DNA of 63,855 bases, counting the filler, from Octopus bimaculoides (lineage: Eukaryota): assembly GCF_001194135.2 (NCBI RefSeq). It is 7 parts of 6 records of this genome, joined end to end, with 100 filler letters (N's around TTAATTAATTAA, not from the genome) between each part and the next. Parts side by side here need not be neighbours in the genome. Positions count along the whole stretch, not along the records: positions 59,625 to 63,855 come from NC_068986.1; 6 more parts are not named here. One strand, 5' to 3'. The notes under the pieces are model-generated. The model was not told the origin of the DNA. It worked only from the letters and a program-made list of their open reading frames with translations, and did no database searches. Shown piece after piece: positions 60,076 through 63,855 of the stretch (position 1 is its first letter; every line of letters starts with the position of its first letter). The translations under genes and the position numbers were made by a program.

Positions 60076-61155
60076 AGCTATAGTTAGATAGGGACAGATA
60101 AAAACAAGAGAGAAATAAAGACAGAGAGAGAGAGAGGGAGAGAGGGACAGAAAGGGAAAGAGAGGGAAGAACGAGAGACTCAGTTGGTCAGAATGAAGGA
60201 TTATATGACATGAGAATTGAGAGTTGATATTCTATAAAGGAGAGATGCGAAGATTGATGGTGTATGACATACGTACTTCACGCACGCACGCACGCACGCA
60301 CGCACGTACGCACGCACGCACGCGCACACACGCACGCGCACACACGTGTGTTTTAAATATATAAGTGCGCGCACCACACAAACGCGTGCAAACACGCATG
60401 CACGCACACAGATACAGTGTTGCTCGACATCTCTGTATCGAGTGATTGAGTGATATGTATCCTTCGATGATACTCTCGATATTATCAGTCGTGATACGAA
60501 TATTATATATATATATGTATATTGTATTTACGTATGTATATGTTCGCAGACACCCATACATATGTATATATACTTACACACGTATACGCATACACATGTG
60601 TATGCATACGCACTTACATATAGGTATCAACCTCTAAACACATGCTTATATGCTTATGCAGAGGTGCATACATACATACACACACATATATATACAGACA
60701 CACATACATGCATACATACATACATACATGTGTGTATACATGCATATATATTCTTTGTATTATATATATATATATATGTATGTATGTATGTACGTACGTA
60801 TATANNNNNNNNNNNNNNNNNNNNNNNNNNNNNNNNNNNNNNNNNNNNNNNNNNNNNNNNNNNNNNNNNNNNNNNNNNNNNNNNNNNNNNNNNNNNNNNN
60901 NNNNNNNNNNNNNNNNNNNNNNNNNNNNNNNNNNNNNNNNNNNNNNNNNNNNNNNNNNNNNNNNNNNNNNNNNNNNNNNNNNNNNNNNNNNNNNNNNNNN
61001 NNNNNNNNNNNNNNNNNNNNNNNNNNNNNNNNNNNNNNNNNNNNNNNNNNNNNNNNNNNNNNNNNNNNNNNNNNNNTATATATATATATATATATATATA
61101 TACGTACATACATACATACATGCATACATACATACATACATACATACATACATAC

Positions 61156-61537
61156 TGGGGCCCTGGGATATGTAACACACTGCCTAAATACCAATCTTGA
61201 GAAATTAGGCTTCTCAAAACCAGAAAGGAGAAAGCTAATTCGAAGACTGCAGATCCAATCCATCAATGAAACTGTAAAAATCTGTAAAACTTTCCAGAAG
61301 TTTATCATTTAAATATATAAGAGCATGTCTAGAAATGCAACTATATGTATGAGAATACTTACATAAAACAAAACATTCAAATCTGCACATACATACATAC
61401 ATACATACATACATACATACATACATACATACAAAATACCCTGTTGTTGGTGTTAAAATTCCAATGAAGGAGCCTTGGATCTGGGTTAGAAACCGGCTCT
61501 TTCTCTATCGGCTACAAATCTTGAAATAAAACTGAAT
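61156..61537 (+). mobile_element. 5'-truncated RLE-type LINE 3' end with (ATAC)n inside its 3' UTR
   Basis: GALGYVTHCLNTNLEKLGFSKPERRKLIRRLQIQSINETVKICKTFQKFII* (stop at 61312), then UTR, (ATAC)n, a second UTR block and AATAAA at 61525. Confidence 0.8.
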
Positions 61538-61539
61538 TT

Positions 61540-62010
61540 TTAGTCGAATGAATCGACCCTAGGTTTTTTAAGCCTGATACTTATTCCATGGATGTCTATT
61601 GCCGAGTCGATACGTTATGGGAACGTAAACACACGAACACCGGTTGTCAAGCTGTGATATGGGGACAAACGCAGACACAATGACACATTCGCACACATAC
61701 GACGAGCTTCTTTCAGTTTCCGTCTACCAAATCCACTCACAAGGCTTTGGTCGGCTGGAGACTATAGTAGAAGATATCTACCCAAGGTGCCACGCAGTGG
61801 GACTGAACCTGGAAGCATGTTGTTGGGAAGCAAGCGTCTTACCACACAGTCACTGGGCTTCCGCACTATTTCCGTCTACCAAATTAATTCGGAAGGCATT
61901 GGTCGGTACGGGGCTACAGTAGAAGACACTTGCTGAAAATGCTGTGCGGTGGGACTGAACGTAGAACCTCGTTGTTGCGAAACAAGCTTCTTGGCTACAC
62001 AGTCATGCCC
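61540..62010 (-). mobile_element. SINE family B copy plus a second family B head in tandem
   Basis: TTTCCGTCTACCAAAT...TAGTAGAAGA...GTGGGACTGAAC...ACACAGTCA occurs twice. Confidence 0.85.
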
Positions 62011-63855
62011 ACGCCTATTCACGCACAAACAGGAATCAAATACATATAAATCATATCGACAGATTAGGCATGGAGATCATGCGTACGTACATGCACAGAT
62101 ATATGTACAGAAATACGTTGATGCCGACATGCTCACGTATAGACATATGTCTATCTTATTGATGTATAAATTCCAATGAAAGAAGCTTGTTTCTAGGCTG
62201 GAAATTGGCCCATTCTCTCTGTTGGTGATAAATTTGAAATTTAAAACCTGAAGAAAGTACACATGTAAGAACGTGTGTGTATATATATATATATATATAT
62301 ACGTATATTTAACTACACATTGACATACCCGCTTAGATATATAAATATAAACACATACATGCACGTATACATATATTTATATATTTATACAAATATATAC
62401 GTGTTTACACACAACCATATATTAATATAAGCTCATGTACATATACTTAGATATACTCGTGTATGTGTATATACGCATATACATACGCACATATACACAA
62501 ATTTAGGCACACACACATATGCATACATACATCCATATATACATATATATATATNNNNNNNNNNNNNNNNNNNNNNNNNNNNNNNNNNNNNNNNNNNNNN
62601 NNNNNNNNNNNNNNNNNNNNNNNNNNNNNNNNNNNNNNNNNNNNNNNNNNNNNNNNNNNNNNNNNNNNNNNNNNNNNNNNNNNNNNNNNNNNNNNNNNNN
62701 NNNNNNNNNNNNNNNNNNNNNNNNNNNNNNNNNNNNNNNNNNNNNNNNNNNNNNNNNNNNNNNNNNNNNNNNNNNNNNNNNNNNNNNNNNNNNNNNNNNN
62801 NNNNNNNNNNNNNNNNNNNNNNNNNNNNNNNNNNNNNNNNNNNNNNNNNNNNNNNNNNNNNNNNNNNNNNNNNNNNNNNNNNNNNNNNNNNNNNNNNNNN
62901 NNNNNNNNNNNNNNNNNAGTATAAGTATTATATATATATATGTATGTATGTAAATACATACATATGTATACATATACATATACCTACCTATATATATGCA
63001 TACAAACATTAATACATATGTAATTAAGTAGATCGCAAAAAGTCCATCCATGAAAGCCGATCCGTAATGAGCAATTCAATGGAAAACAAGCGATAATTCT
63101 AATTTTATTGTAGTATTGCGTGCAAACAAGGAGACCTAACAATATCCACGAATTTATAACGAAAATAATTAAAGTATATTACCAGCAATGGTTACACTAG
63201 TTGCAGATATTCCCCCCACCACACCCCCGGCCCTCTTTCCGCTTACGCAGCAACAAATAATACCAGAAGGACAGCAGAGTGACAGAATGTAAGATATAGC
63301 GAAAGTAAAGAATTAGTCATACGAGATGAAATGCCAAGAGGGAATTTGGCAATAGATTAGAGGTGTATTTGCAATATAGCCGTCGTCGTAAATTCAGATG
63401 CTGAGATGCACGCTTTTCATATACCACTCGCATTCGTGTGGTTGCGTGTGCGTGCGTGTCTGTGTTGGTGTGGGCATGTATATAATATATACACATATAC
63501 ACATACATACTCTTTTATACATAAATATATGAATGTAAATATATATGAATGTATACACACACACACATATGTATATGTGTGTATATATATATTTGCATGA
63601 ATTCGTATGTCTGCATGTATATGAATATGTATGCATGTATGTATATATGTATGTATGTATGTATATATATCTATATATATAAGTATATATGGATATATAT
63701 GTATATGTACACAGACACATGCATGTATGTAATTTTGTTAAAGCCGCCCTTTGACAGATTGTTGCTGTTGCAAGGATATGAATTAATGTGTGTGTGTATG
63801 TATATAAATATATGTATATGTATGTATATATATATGTATGTATATATATATGTAT

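Larger units (their letters stand above)
60270..63855. repeat. Multiple (CACG)n/(TA)n/(TACA)n/(TATG)n microsatellites interspersed with gaps and the elements above
   Basis: Direct reading. Confidence 0.8.

Overview
AT-rich, microsatellite-saturated, gappy eukaryotic DNA. The SINE families and repeat load suggest an octopus/coleoid cephalopod genome (inference). I found no host protein-coding exon or intact gene; almost all listed ORFs are microsatellite or N-gap artefacts. The window is a transposon graveyard. It holds about 30 tRNA-headed SINE copies of four types. Decayed retroelements are two tandem Tx1/L1-like LINEs, RTE fragments, three head-to-tail R4/Dong-like RLE-LINE pieces, several Penelope-like pieces and two RLE-LINE 3' ends sitting in (ATAC)n. 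DNA transposons are hAT (Buster/Charlie-like), Chapaev3-like and DD37D maT-like transposase relics plus several MITEs. The most interesting signals are five or six hammerhead-ribozyme-like motifs (two downstream of RLE-LINE C-termini rather than in Penelope LTRs), a Penelope relic bracketed by 144-bp inverted repeats, a Merlin-like foldback MITE with telomere-like repeats, and a few TE-free islands that may be conserved non-coding elements. Family names come from motif recognition, not database searches. Coordinates of decayed elements are approximate.
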